From contig CAYJIX010000006.1 of NCBI GenBank assembly GCA_964370375.1, positions 321 to 64,320 of the forward strand: 64,000 nt of DNA. The letters are read 5' to 3'. Position numbers and translations under genes: made by a program. The DNA is from an uncultured Desulfovibrionaceae bacterium. Lineage in GTDB: Bacteria; Desulfobacterota; Desulfovibrionia; Desulfovibrionales; Desulfovibrionaceae. Below are positions 19,302 to 28,776 of this stretch, in pieces (position 1 is the first letter of the stretch; each line of letters opens with the position of its first letter). The notes below the pieces were generated by a model, which saw nothing but the letters and a program-made list of their open reading frames with translations, had not been told where the DNA came from and did no database searches.

Positions 19302-20138
19302 TTATATGGATGTTGAGGTGGTACAAGGTTGTCCGCAGTCGCTTGCATCGCCATGGAGTTTTTCCAAGGCATGAGCCAAGCACGGGAACACTGCCTCCAG
19401 ATTTTCAGCCACAGCCTTGCGGCTTCCGGGCAGTGCTAAAATGAGCGATTGCCCCAAGGTTCCGGCAACAGCCCTTGAAAGGGCTGCCCGTGGGGTTACG
19501 GTAAGGCTTTTGAGCATCATGGCCTGTTCCATGCCCACAAGGTGTTTTTCAAACAAAGGCAAGAGTGTTTCAGGTGTGATATCGCGTGGCGCAAGCCCTG
19601 TTCCGCCGCTTGTCAGGATAAGGTCATAACCTTGAGTTAGGGCCAAATCTGTGATCAAGGCTTGCAGGGTATGGGGAGCATCCGGAATAAGAAACCCTTG
19701 GGAATGGGATATTTGCAGGGCTGTGCGGATATGTTCTGCCATAAAGGGGCCGCTTTCGTCTGTGCGTTGCCCTTGGCTGGCTTTGTCTGAAAGGGTGACC
19801 CAGGCAAACGACCAGCGTGAAGGAGCAATAGCACAAGAAATGGTGCCGCCAGCATGGGCTTTTAATGCTTGTAGCAGTGGACAGGCCACAGCATATGGAT
19901 ATTCAAGCATAGGCAACCTTACTGTGCCCACAACTTTAAAACAAGGCTGTGCGTTTACAGTCAAAAGCCAGCCTGCACGGAGCATAGGCCAAGGTTCAAG
20001 CGGATGTGCTTTAGTGTCTATGTGATGCGTTGACCAGCCCTGTATGGGGTGGGGCGTTAAGGCCATTACGCCCCCTTGGGGGCAGGGCCTTGAGTGTATC
20101 AGCATATCGTACAGATCCTTTTTGGGGCTGAAAAGCAC
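19302..20138 (-). CDS. MogA/MoaB-family molybdenum cofactor biosynthesis protein with about 110-aa N-terminal extension
   Basis: The C-terminal about 165 aa carries the MogA/MoaB signature (LILTSGGTGLAPRDITPE). The N-terminal part was not recognised. Start uncertain (GTG 20138 or internal Met codons). Confidence 0.7.
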   Translation of the reverse strand: MLFSPKKDLYDMLIHSRPCPQGGVMALTPHPIQGWSTHHIDTKAHPLEPWPMLRAGWLLTVNAQPCFKVVGTVRLPMLEYPYAVACPLLQALKAHAGGTISCAIAPSRWSFAWVTLSDKASQGQRTDESGPFMAEHIRTALQISHSQGFLIPDAPHTLQALITDLALTQGYDLILTSGGTGLAPRDITPETLLPLFEKHLVGMEQAMMLKSLTVTPRAALSRAVAGTLGQSLILALPGSRKAVAENLEAVFPCLAHALEKLHGDASDCGQPCTTSTSI

Positions 20139-20210
20139 TATAATAGGACATTGTGTCCGTACAAAAGATAGCGTAATGTATTTTGAACGCTGTCACAAGG
20201 AGTATTCTTC

Positions 20211-20723
20211 ATGACCATGGTAAGCCACGGTGGCGACTCTACCAACAATCTTACAGTGCTTGGCACAGGCCGCATACCCGAGCCCAAAGGTGGGCCCGGC
20301 GTCCATTTACTGGAAGTTTTTGACAACAAATTCCCACAACGTCCCTATATCATTTCCTTTGCCTATCCGGAATACACGTCCTTGTGCCCTGTTACAGGCC
20401 AGCCGGATTTTGGTACCATTGTGATGGAATACATACCACATCTGCGCTGTGTGGAGTCTAAAAGCTTTAAATTGTATATGTTTGCCTACCGCAATCATCA
20501 AGCTTTTATGGAAACGCTCACCAATACGGTGCTTGATCACATGGTGGAAGCTCTTGAACCGCGTTGGTGCCGCATAAAGGGATTATTCGCGCCGCGCGGA
20601 GCCACTCATATACATGTATTTGCTGAGTATTTTCAAGAAGTTGAAGATAAGGCCATGCACAAGTCTGTACAACGCATGGTGCGCGAATGGAAACGCGAAC
20701 CGCATCCGCATCATTGGGAGTGA
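20211..20723 (+). CDS. queF: NADPH-dependent 7-cyano-7-deazaguanine (preQ0) reductase, type I
   Basis: YPEYTSLCPVTGQPDFGTI and SFKLY motifs. AAGGAG RBS. Confidence 0.9.
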   Translation: MTMVSHGGDSTNNLTVLGTGRIPEPKGGPGVHLLEVFDNKFPQRPYIISFAYPEYTSLCPVTGQPDFGTIVMEYIPHLRCVESKSFKLYMFAYRNHQAFMETLTNTVLDHMVEALEPRWCRIKGLFAPRGATHIHVFAEYFQEVEDKAMHKSVQRMVREWKREPHPHHWE

Positions 20724-20725
20724 TC

Positions 20726-21532
20726 ATGTCTGATAGGCGATGCTTACTCATAGACGTGGGCAATACCTCATGCAAAATAGGCATTGGCACGACGAAGAAT
20801 GTGCTACATAGCTATGCTTTGGCCACAGACACGCGGCAAAGCGGCGATACTTTGGGCTTGCACCTTACACAATTATTGGCCCTTGACGGGATACATGCTG
20901 TGGATGACTGTGTAGTCAGCTCTGTGGTGCCGGACATGGATCCGCTTTTAATTCATGCGTGTGAACGTTTTTTACACATAACACCACGGTTTGCCAATCA
21001 AACCTTGGCGGTGCCACTTAGCAACGAGTATGAACGCCCTCATGAAGTAGGAGCTGACCGTTTGGTGGCAGCCTATGCTGCTCGTAAACTTTTGCCAGAT
21101 TCTTATGTTGTGATTTCTGTAGATTTTGGCACAGCCACTACCTTTGACGTGGTGCGAGAAAAAGCCTATCTTGGGGGGCTGATTTGTCCTGGAGTCATGT
21201 CGTCGTTGGGAGCGTTGGCTTCGCGTACAGCAAGGCTGCCTAGGATGGCACTTACAGCCGATGATGGGACGCCAACCATAGGAAAAAACACCATGACAAG
21301 CCTTAACCATGGGTTTTTATTTGGTTTTGCGTCCATGACAGAAGGGGTTTGCAAAAGGCTTTCCCATGAACTGTGCCCTGAGCAAAAAAACGGAGAGCGT
21401 GCCTCGTTTGCTGTGGTGGCCACGGGGGGATACGCGCGTCAACTGGCTACAGTGACAAAATGTTTTGACGTGGTTCGAGAGGACCTTATTTTAGAAGGCC
21501 TGCGTTTGTTGTGGCTAAACCCATGTGTTTAA
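20726..21532 (+). CDS. coaX: Type III pantothenate kinase
   Basis: The LLIDVGNTSCKIG N-terminal motif is typical of CoaX. ATG 20726 lies directly after the queF stop, with a GGGAG RBS. Confidence 0.9.
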   Translation: MSDRRCLLIDVGNTSCKIGIGTTKNVLHSYALATDTRQSGDTLGLHLTQLLALDGIHAVDDCVVSSVVPDMDPLLIHACERFLHITPRFANQTLAVPLSNEYERPHEVGADRLVAAYAARKLLPDSYVVISVDFGTATTFDVVREKAYLGGLICPGVMSSLGALASRTARLPRMALTADDGTPTIGKNTMTSLNHGFLFGFASMTEGVCKRLSHELCPEQKNGERASFAVVATGGYARQLATVTKCFDVVREDLILEGLRLLWLNPCV

Positions 21533-21580
21533 TAGCTTGTAGAGATCAGAAAATATATTTTTTACATAAGCGAAACAGCC

Positions 21581-22141
21581 ATGCCCTTTGTTGAGCTTTG
21601 CCTCCTTGCAGTGGCTTTGTCCATGGATGCCTTTGCCGTGGCGGTTTGCGCCGGCGTTATGGGCAAGGTCAAGATTGCCCACTATGCTAGGCTTTGTATA
21701 GCCTTTGGATTGTTTCAGGCAGGCATGCCTATAGTGGGCTGGGCCATTGGTTATACAGTGTTGCCTTTTGTTGAAGCGTGGGATCATTGGGTGGCCTTTG
21801 CTTTTTTGGCTTGGGTTGGATGTAGTATGATATATTCATGTGTTACGGGTGAAACACAGACAGAATGCCATTTTACTACAGGCAGACAGCTGATCGTGCT
21901 TTCTGTAGCGACAAGCCTTGATGCCATGGCTGTTGGGCTTTCGCTAGCTACGCTTTCTGTCAACATAGGCTTAGCGGCTTTGACCATTGGGCTTGTTTGT
22001 ACAATATTTTCTGCCTTTGGCGTTGTGCTTGGGCGTATTTTGGCTGGAGCCGTAGCAATAGGACGTTGGGCTACACTTTTGGGTGGGGTTGTGCTTATTG
22101 GTATTGGCGTACATATTTTATTTGAGCATGGAGTTTTTTAG
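21581..22141 (+). CDS. mntP: Manganese efflux pump MntP family
   Basis: 186 aa, six predicted TM segments, duplicated DAFAV/DAMAV motifs (DUF204). Confidence 0.85.
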   Translation: MPFVELCLLAVALSMDAFAVAVCAGVMGKVKIAHYARLCIAFGLFQAGMPIVGWAIGYTVLPFVEAWDHWVAFAFLAWVGCSMIYSCVTGETQTECHFTTGRQLIVLSVATSLDAMAVGLSLATLSVNIGLAALTIGLVCTIFSAFGVVLGRILAGAVAIGRWATLLGGVVLIGIGVHILFEHGVF

Positions 22142-22145
22142 AGAT

Positions 22146-23348
22146 ATGAGTATGATAAGTGATCATGGGCCATTGCGAGGTATTACAGTATTAGATCTTA
22201 CACGAGTCCTTGCCGGGCCTTTTTGCACCATGATGCTGGCAGATATGGGTGCAACAATTATCAAAATTGAACAACCTGGCGTAGGTGATGATGCTAGGGC
22301 TTTTGCCCCCATGTATAAAGGGGAAAGTGCCTATTATATGCAGATGAACCGCAATAAGCTAGGCGTGACTTTGAATATGAAAACAGATGCGGGCAAGGCC
22401 ATGTTTTTGCAAATGGTCCAAAAAGCAGATGTTGTGCTTGAAAACTTTCGCCCGGGAACAATGGAGCGTCTTGGCCTTGGTTATGATGACTTACAAAAGG
22501 TCAATCCACGCATCCTCTATGGATGTGTTTCAGGTTTTGGGCATAGCGGCCCTTATCGTGCACGTCCAGGCTATGACATTTTGGCCCAAGCCATGGGCGG
22601 TCTTATGAGTATTACAGGGTGGCCAGATGGTCAGCCCACTCGTTCAGGTGTTGCCATGGGTGATGTTTTAGCAGGGCTTTCAATTACCATTGGGCTTTTA
22701 GCAGCCTTGCGCCATCGTGATGCCACGGGCGAAGGGCAAAAAATCGACGTTGCGTTGCTTGATTCTGTGGTCGCCTGCCTTGAAGCTCAAACGCAAATCT
22801 ATTTTACCCAAGGGGAAAATCCTAAGCTCATGGGCAATCGCTATGCTGCTGCCTATCCTTATGATTCATTTGCAACCAAGGATGGCAGTGTTGTTATAGG
22901 TATTGGCAATGATAAATTGTTTGGCGCGCTTTGCCGCAGTATGCAAGCGCCTGAACTTGCAGAAGATGTACGCTTTAGCGTGAACGAGGCGCGTACTGTA
23001 CATTATGTACAGCTTCGTCAGATTATAGAAGCTTGGACGGTGCAATTTACAAGTCAAGACTTGGTCAATATGCTTGTAGAGCAAGGCATCCCTGTGGGCC
23101 CTATCAATAAGGTGTCAGACCTTGCCTGTGATCCCCAATTGCTGGCACGGGAGATGTTTGTAAAGCTTAACCATCCTGTCGTTGGGGAAACCACGTTGAC
23201 CGGATCGCACCTTAAATTTTCCAAAACCCCATCCAATGTGCGGACCCCTGCACCAACCCTTGGTCAAGATAACAAAAGGGTGTATGCACAATTGCTTGGC
23301 CTTTCAGAGGACGAGGTCAACGCATTGCATGAGCAAGGCGTTATTTGA
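22146..23348 (+). CDS. Family III CoA-transferase (CaiB/BaiF/formyl-CoA transferase-like)
   Basis: GITVLDLTRVLAGPFCT N-terminal motif and family III length. The ATG 22146/22152 starts are preferred over the track start 22083. Confidence 0.85.
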   Translation: MSMISDHGPLRGITVLDLTRVLAGPFCTMMLADMGATIIKIEQPGVGDDARAFAPMYKGESAYYMQMNRNKLGVTLNMKTDAGKAMFLQMVQKADVVLENFRPGTMERLGLGYDDLQKVNPRILYGCVSGFGHSGPYRARPGYDILAQAMGGLMSITGWPDGQPTRSGVAMGDVLAGLSITIGLLAALRHRDATGEGQKIDVALLDSVVACLEAQTQIYFTQGENPKLMGNRYAAAYPYDSFATKDGSVVIGIGNDKLFGALCRSMQAPELAEDVRFSVNEARTVHYVQLRQIIEAWTVQFTSQDLVNMLVEQGIPVGPINKVSDLACDPQLLAREMFVKLNHPVVGETTLTGSHLKFSKTPSNVRTPAPTLGQDNKRVYAQLLGLSEDEVNALHEQGVI

Positions 23349-23446
23349 TGAGGCCATTTTATATATTGGTACAATTTTGCTGGAGCTATGGTTTAGTTGT
23401 AAAAAAAGCCCTAGCGTAACATCTAACCTGTTTGATTGGAGCAATC

Positions 23447-24535
23447 ATGACGTCCCATACCGTTTGTTTATTACCCGGTGATGGCATTGGCCCTGAAATC
23501 ATTGCCGAAGCCGTAAAAGTTTTTCATGCTATCGAAAAAGTATCTGAACATAGGTTCACTTTAGTGACTGGTGCCATTGGCGGAACCGCCATTGATGCGC
23601 ATGGTACGCCCTTGCCGGAAGATGTCATTGCGCTTTGCCGTGGAGCAGATGCTGTATTGCTTGGTGCTGTGGGCGGTGCCAAATGGGATAATTTGCCCCA
23701 GGAACAGCGGCCGGAACGAGGGCTCCTTGGTATACGTAAGGCCCTTGGGCTTTTTGCCAATCTTCGCCCTGCCATGTTGTTTCCGCAACTGTCCGGTGCG
23801 TGCTTGTTGCGTGCTGATATTGCGGCTAAGGGACTCGATATTATGGTAGTTCGCGAACTGACAGGCGGTATTTATTTTGGTCAGCCGGCAGGTGAAGAAA
23901 TGCGTGACGGCAAACGCACTGCCTTTAACACCATGGTATATGACGAAACAGAAATCCGTCGTATTGCCCATGTGGCCATGCGCACGGCAAGAACACGCCG
24001 CAAAAAAGTGTGCTCTGTGGATAAATCCAACGTCTTGCATGTGTCACGGCTATGGCGTGAGATTGTTATTGAAGTAGCAGCCGAATATCCGGACGTGGAA
24101 TTAAACCATATGTATGTTGATAATGCAGCCATGCAATTGGTGCGCGATCCTTCACAGTTTGACGTGCTCCTTACGGGCAATATGTTTGGCGATATTTTGT
24201 CAGACGAAGCGTCTGTTTTGACAGGTTCCATTGGCTTATTGCCCTCAGCGTCACTTGGCGAAGGCAATCCCGGACTTTTTGAACCTATCCACGGCTCTGC
24301 TCCTGATATTGCCGGAAAAGGTTTAGCCAATCCTTTGGCCACTATTTTGTCTGTTGCCATGCTGTTGCGTTTAGGCTTGGGCCTTGGAGCTGAAGCTGAC
24401 CTTGTGGAAAAAGCCGTGTCTAAAACCTTAGAAACATACCGCACCCCTGATATTATGGAAGAGGGTAAAGAGGCTGTGTCAACAGCTCGCATGGGCGATG
24501 CCGTTGTGGAAGCCTTTTTTGCTCTTACAAAGTAG
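23447..24535 (+). CDS. leuB: 3-Isopropylmalate dehydrogenase
   Basis: [11 protein letters not shown] and [12 protein letters not shown] motifs. ATG 23447 with a GGAG RBS. Confidence 0.93.
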   Translation: MTSHTVCLLPGDGIGPEIIAEAVKVFHAIEKVSEHRFTLVTGAIGGTAIDAHGTPLPEDVIALCRGADAVLLGAVGGAKWDNLPQEQRPERGLLGIRKALGLFANLRPAMLFPQLSGACLLRADIAAKGLDIMVVRELTGGIYFGQPAGEEMRDGKRTAFNTMVYDETEIRRIAHVAMRTARTRRKKVCSVDKSNVLHVSRLWREIVIEVAAEYPDVELNHMYVDNAAMQLVRDPSQFDVLLTGNMFGDILSDEASVLTGSIGLLPSASLGEGNPGLFEPIHGSAPDIAGKGLANPLATILSVAMLLRLGLGLGAEADLVEKAVSKTLETYRTPDIMEEGKEAVSTARMGDAVVEAFFALTK

Positions 24536-24586
24536 GATATTTATAGCCTGAAAGCACAGTAAAAAGCTCAGCTTAAAGAGGACCGC

Positions 24587-25390
24587 ATGGACGTTGGAAC
24601 TAACCCTGTCATCCTTGCACTTGGTGCCGGCCTTGCCACATGGGGACTTACCGCCCTTGGTTCCGGTGTGGTTTTCATATCTCGTGAACCGTTTAGCCAG
24701 CGTACCATGGATGCTATGCTTGGCTCAGCAGCAGGGGTTATGTTGGCAGCGGCCTTTTGGTCTTTGCTTCTTCCTGCCCTTGAAGGTTCCGCTCATTTAG
24801 GACGCTTGGCCTTTGTGCCTGTGGCCTTGGGCTTTTTGGTAGGGGCAGGGTGTTTGCGGCTTATCGACATGGTGACGCCACACCTGCATCCTAGGGTGAA
24901 TATGACCGATGGCCCTTCTTCAACCTTATCGCGTACAAGCTTGTTGGTCATTGCCCTAACGCTGCACAATATCCCAGAAGGCCTTGCTGTCGGTGTGAGT
25001 ATGGGGTCTGTTGATATGGCATCAGGAACCACCTTTACAGGGGCTGTGACCTTAGCCCTTGCCATTGGTTTGCAAAATATTCCTGAGGGTATGGCAGTGG
25101 CAATACCGCTCCTTCGTGAAGGCCATTCTAGAGGAAAAGCCTTTTTTATCGGACAGCTTTCAGGTTTTGTGGAGCCCTTAGCCGCTATTTTGGGGGCCTT
25201 GGCTGTGGGGATTACGGCAACATTATTGCCTTTTGCTTTGGCCTTTGCAGCAGGAGCCATGATTTTTGTGGTGGTGGAAGAAGTTATTCCGGAATCTCAC
25301 GCCTCAGGGCACGGCGATGCCGCTACCATGGGCGTAGTTTTTGGGTTTGTGCTTATGATGTGTCTTGATGTAGTTTTGGCAGGCAGTTGA
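24587..25390 (+). CDS. zupT: ZIP-family divalent metal transporter (ZupT-like)
   Basis: 267 aa, polytopic, HNIPEGLAVG and QNIPEGMAV motifs. Confidence 0.85.
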   Translation: MDVGTNPVILALGAGLATWGLTALGSGVVFISREPFSQRTMDAMLGSAAGVMLAAAFWSLLLPALEGSAHLGRLAFVPVALGFLVGAGCLRLIDMVTPHLHPRVNMTDGPSSTLSRTSLLVIALTLHNIPEGLAVGVSMGSVDMASGTTFTGAVTLALAIGLQNIPEGMAVAIPLLREGHSRGKAFFIGQLSGFVEPLAAILGALAVGITATLLPFALAFAAGAMIFVVVEEVIPESHASGHGDAATMGVVFGFVLMMCLDVVLAGS

Positions 25391-25640
25391 AAAAGCACAG
25401 CCCGCTGAAAAACGGCAATCGCTTTGCTCTCTATATCCGTAACACTCGTTTCTCGTGTAATGGCTACCCCACTTTGCGGGACCCTTTCGGGTAGGTACTT
25501 CGTCAGGCTCGTTTTTTGCTACGGTCATTTATGTCTAAATAAACTCCGCTTCGCAAAAAAACTTCGTCATTCTCGTATCTTACCATTTTTAAGCGGGCTG
25601 TAAGTAGGTTGTTACTTAGTTAGTAGGCTGTTGAAAAAGG
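25384..25640. repeat. Dispersed mosaic intergenic repeat, copy A
   Basis: Shares the modules GTTGAAAAAGCAC, CTGAAAA..GC..TTGCT.TCT.T.TCCGTAAC and GAAGTTTTTTT with copies at 35.57-35.86 kb and 61.29-61.59 kb. It has internal terminal inverted repeats CAGCCCGCTGAAAAA (25398..25412) and TTTTTAAGCGGGCTG (25586..25600), and ends with GGCTGTTGAAAAAGG. Confidence 0.65.
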
Positions 25641-25652
25641 GGCAAGTGTGTC

Positions 25653-25715
25653 AAAATACAAATGCAGATTGTTTATGTATATCTGTATACACAGTGCCTC
25701 CTGCATTTGTATTTT
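25653..25715. repeat. Perfect 15-bp inverted repeat upstream of the amidohydrolase operon
   Basis: AAAATACAAATGCAG (25653..25667) pairs with CTGCATTTGTATTTT (25701..25715), with a 33-nt spacer. It could be a large-loop terminator for zupT or an operator. Confidence 0.5.
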
Positions 25716-25843
25716 TCCTTGTATTTCACCTTTTTTGAGCTGATTGTCGAATCTGTTGTGTAAAAAAAAATTGCCTTGTTGCTCAATAGCCTTGCCCTTG
25801 TTGTACAGCAACCACTTAGAAATAAAGAAAAGGAGCATGTCTT

Positions 25844-27244
25844 ATGTATGATTTAGTACTGCAAAATGTACGGATTGTTGATCCTGTAAACAATGTGGAT
25901 AAACAAGGGCATATTGCCATTGAAAATGGCCGCGTGGCAGACATTTGCGAAGAATCCTTGGCAGCGCGCTGTGACACCTTGCTGGATATGGATGGCTATG
26001 TGGCCCTGCCCGGAATCATTGATATTCATACCCATGTGACAGCCATTTTTGGTGGAAGCTGTGGGGGGTATCGCATGCTGGCACGGGCCGGCGTGTGTAC
26101 AACCCTTGATCTGGCTGGCCCTGCTACGGAGGCTTTTAGCCTTTTGGGCAAATATGGAGCAGGCATTACGGTTGGAGTTCTTGAGAGCATCCGCCCTGAA
26201 GTTAATGTTCCTTCAGCAGACCCTTCAGCCCAAGAATTAAACAACGCCGTATGCACAGCCCTTGAAGATGGTGCCATTGGCTGTAAACTTTTGGGCGGGC
26301 ATTTTCCGCTCACACCGGAAGCTTCGGCATGTTTTGTGGAAGAAGCTCACCGCGAACAAGCCTATGCATCATGGCATGCGGGCACAACGAAAAGCGTCAA
26401 CCTGTTTGAATCCTTCCGTGAAATGATAGAGCTTACAAACGGTCATGCACTGCACGCGGCCCATATCAATTCCTATTGCCGCGGTGTCACAGGAGATGCT
26501 GTAAAAGAAGCCCAAGAAGCCATGGAACTGTTAAAGCAAAATCCTAACCTTTATAGCGAATCGTATATTGCCGAAACAAACGGCACCTCCTTTATTGTGA
26601 CCGAAAAAGGGGATATGTACAGTAAAGCCACGGGCAGGACTTTAGAAACAGCCGGCTATACCGATTCACGAGACGGCCTTGCACAAGCCGTTCTTGATGG
26701 TTTTGGGCATGTTTTTGCACCTTATGGCGTTGAAACAGGCGTGTATAGAGGCGAAGAAGGCGCGCGCATGGTTCAGGACGGTACGGCAATTTCAGGCGGC
26801 TTTAATGTGAATCCTGCTCTTTCGCGTCTTTTGCTTTGTCTTGGAAAAAAAGCCGACGGTAGCTTTGTGGTGGACGCGCTAGCCACAGATGGAGGCGGAC
26901 TTCCGCGGAACATTCTTGTGCCCTATGGCATGTCCTTGGTGAAGATGGGCATGTTAAGCTTAGCAGAATTTGTCACCAAAACAAGCACCATGCCGGCAAA
27001 GATGATGGGCCTTGCAAACAAAGGGCACCTTGGTGTGGGAGCTGATGCAGACCTTACCATTGTTGATACGCGTACCTGCGAACCTGTGGCCACAATCGTA
27101 GGCGGAAAGGTTGTGATGTTTAAAGGTCACGTGACCGGAACAGGCGGGCATATTTTGACTACAGAACGTGGCAAAGCCAGTATCAGTTCTTTTGGCATGC
27201 CATATACTATTCTTGATCCTACAACGTTTTTACCAAAACGCTAA
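25844..27244 (+). CDS. Amidohydrolase-superfamily metallohydrolase (substrate unknown)
   Basis: 466 aa. The N-terminal beta-sandwich plus PGIIDIHTHV (HxH) metal motif is typical of the amidohydrolase superfamily. AAGGAG RBS. Confidence 0.8.
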   Translation: MYDLVLQNVRIVDPVNNVDKQGHIAIENGRVADICEESLAARCDTLLDMDGYVALPGIIDIHTHVTAIFGGSCGGYRMLARAGVCTTLDLAGPATEAFSLLGKYGAGITVGVLESIRPEVNVPSADPSAQELNNAVCTALEDGAIGCKLLGGHFPLTPEASACFVEEAHREQAYASWHAGTTKSVNLFESFREMIELTNGHALHAAHINSYCRGVTGDAVKEAQEAMELLKQNPNLYSESYIAETNGTSFIVTEKGDMYSKATGRTLETAGYTDSRDGLAQAVLDGFGHVFAPYGVETGVYRGEEGARMVQDGTAISGGFNVNPALSRLLLCLGKKADGSFVVDALATDGGGLPRNILVPYGMSLVKMGMLSLAEFVTKTSTMPAKMMGLANKGHLGVGADADLTIVDTRTCEPVATIVGGKVVMFKGHVTGTGGHILTTERGKASISSFGMPYTILDPTTFLPKR

Positions 27245-27259
27245 ACAACAAGGAACCTC

Positions 27260-28708
27260 ATGACAAACCTGCCTTCGTTAGTGGCGGCAGCTCGTGCGTT
27301 ACGTGAAAAACGTGTAACGTCTGTTGAACTTATTGGTGCAGCAAACGATAATTATGAGCAAAGCGAACACGCGCTCAATGCCTATAAAAGTTGGGATGCA
27401 GATCGTGCTTTACGTCACGCACAAGCTGTGGATACGCTCTTGCAGGACGGTATAGACCTTGGGCCGCTCATGGGATTGCCTGTATCGGTCAAGGATTTAT
27501 ACGGGGTGCCCGGCTTTTTAACATATGCAGGTTCTTTAAGTCCTTTGCCTAGCGAGTGGGAGCAGCCAGGTTCGGTCATGCAGGCCCTTTTGCGGCAAAT
27601 GGGCATTGTTATGGGGAAAAGCCATACCGTGGAATTTGCCTTCAGCGGCCTTGGTATCAACAACCATTGGGGGACACCCGTAAACCCGTGGTCGTTACAG
27701 GAGCATAGGCTTCCCGGGGGGTCAAGCTCGGGAGCCGGGGTGTCGCTTATACAAGGTTCTGCCTTGCTTGCTTTTGGTTCAGATACGGGTGGCTCTATCC
27801 GAATCCCTGCATCCATGACAGGGCAGGTTGGCTTAAAAATAACCTATGGGCGCTGGGGGCTGGACGGCATTGTGCCGCTATCCTCGTCGCTCGATAGTCC
27901 GGGGATCATGTGCCGCACAGTTCTGGATGTGGCCTATGCCTTTCACGCCCTTGACCCTGCAGTCAGAGGATACGGCACTTCTGCCCTGCCGCTGCAAGAT
28001 GCCTGTTTGCAGGCTGCACCCTTGGCAGGTTTGCGCATTGGTATTCCAAACAGCCTTGACCGCAACGCCATGGAATGTGGCATTGCAGATTTGTTTGCAC
28101 AAAGCCTTGATGTTTTGGCTTCTTGTGGGGCTGTCGTGGCTGATTGTAAGCTGCCGGGTCTTGACGAAGGTATGGCTGTTATGGAGCAAGGGGGCCTTTC
28201 CGCATCCGAGCTACGGGCCTTTTTATTGGCCCATTTTCCAGAAAAAATAACCGACCTTGATCCTATCGTACAACGCCGTCTTCAAAATGCGGAAAAGGTC
28301 ACAGCAGATGAATATTTGCGCAGAAAAACTGTGTTGAACAAGGTTGCCAAAAAGGTTTTGCCTGTTTTTGCAAACCTTGATGTGCTTATAACACCAACCC
28401 TCACCATATCACCACCATGTCTTTCTGACCTTGTAGACACTGAGTACAGCTATGCTGTTACCATGAAAACCCTTGCCAGTACGGTTCTGGCCAACATGTT
28501 TGGCTGGTGTGCCATAAGCCTGCCCATGGGCCTTGACTGCATGGGGTTGCCTGCCGGGCTGCAAATCATGGCACCGCCCATGCAGGAAGAAAAGCTTTTA
28601 TCCGTGGCTTTGGCTGTGGAAGAGGCATTAACAGCAAGCTTTGCTCCGCGCATGCATTTGGATGTTGTGGCAAAAGGGCTTTTGCAAGATATAAAAACAC
28701 CCTCCTAA
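27260..28708 (+). CDS. Amidase-signature (AS) family amidase
   Basis: GGSSSGAGVS...GSDTGGSIRIPAS signature. Starts 15 nt after the preceding gene. Confidence 0.85.
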   Translation: MTNLPSLVAAARALREKRVTSVELIGAANDNYEQSEHALNAYKSWDADRALRHAQAVDTLLQDGIDLGPLMGLPVSVKDLYGVPGFLTYAGSLSPLPSEWEQPGSVMQALLRQMGIVMGKSHTVEFAFSGLGINNHWGTPVNPWSLQEHRLPGGSSSGAGVSLIQGSALLAFGSDTGGSIRIPASMTGQVGLKITYGRWGLDGIVPLSSSLDSPGIMCRTVLDVAYAFHALDPAVRGYGTSALPLQDACLQAAPLAGLRIGIPNSLDRNAMECGIADLFAQSLDVLASCGAVVADCKLPGLDEGMAVMEQGGLSASELRAFLLAHFPEKITDLDPIVQRRLQNAEKVTADEYLRRKTVLNKVAKKVLPVFANLDVLITPTLTISPPCLSDLVDTEYSYAVTMKTLASTVLANMFGWCAISLPMGLDCMGLPAGLQIMAPPMQEEKLLSVALAVEEALTASFAPRMHLDVVAKGLLQDIKTPS

Positions 28709-28776
28709 CAGGCTTTTGAAAACCCCCAACATGAAGGGCTATTAGTAAAAGTAGCCTTTTTAAAAGGATATGTAGT

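Noticed and set aside
21533-21580. Expected yybP-ykoY manganese riboswitch upstream of mntP.
   Set aside because: The spacer is only 48 nt, and neither it nor the coaX 3' end contains the conserved GGGGAGUAG/GACA core. No riboswitch is supported.
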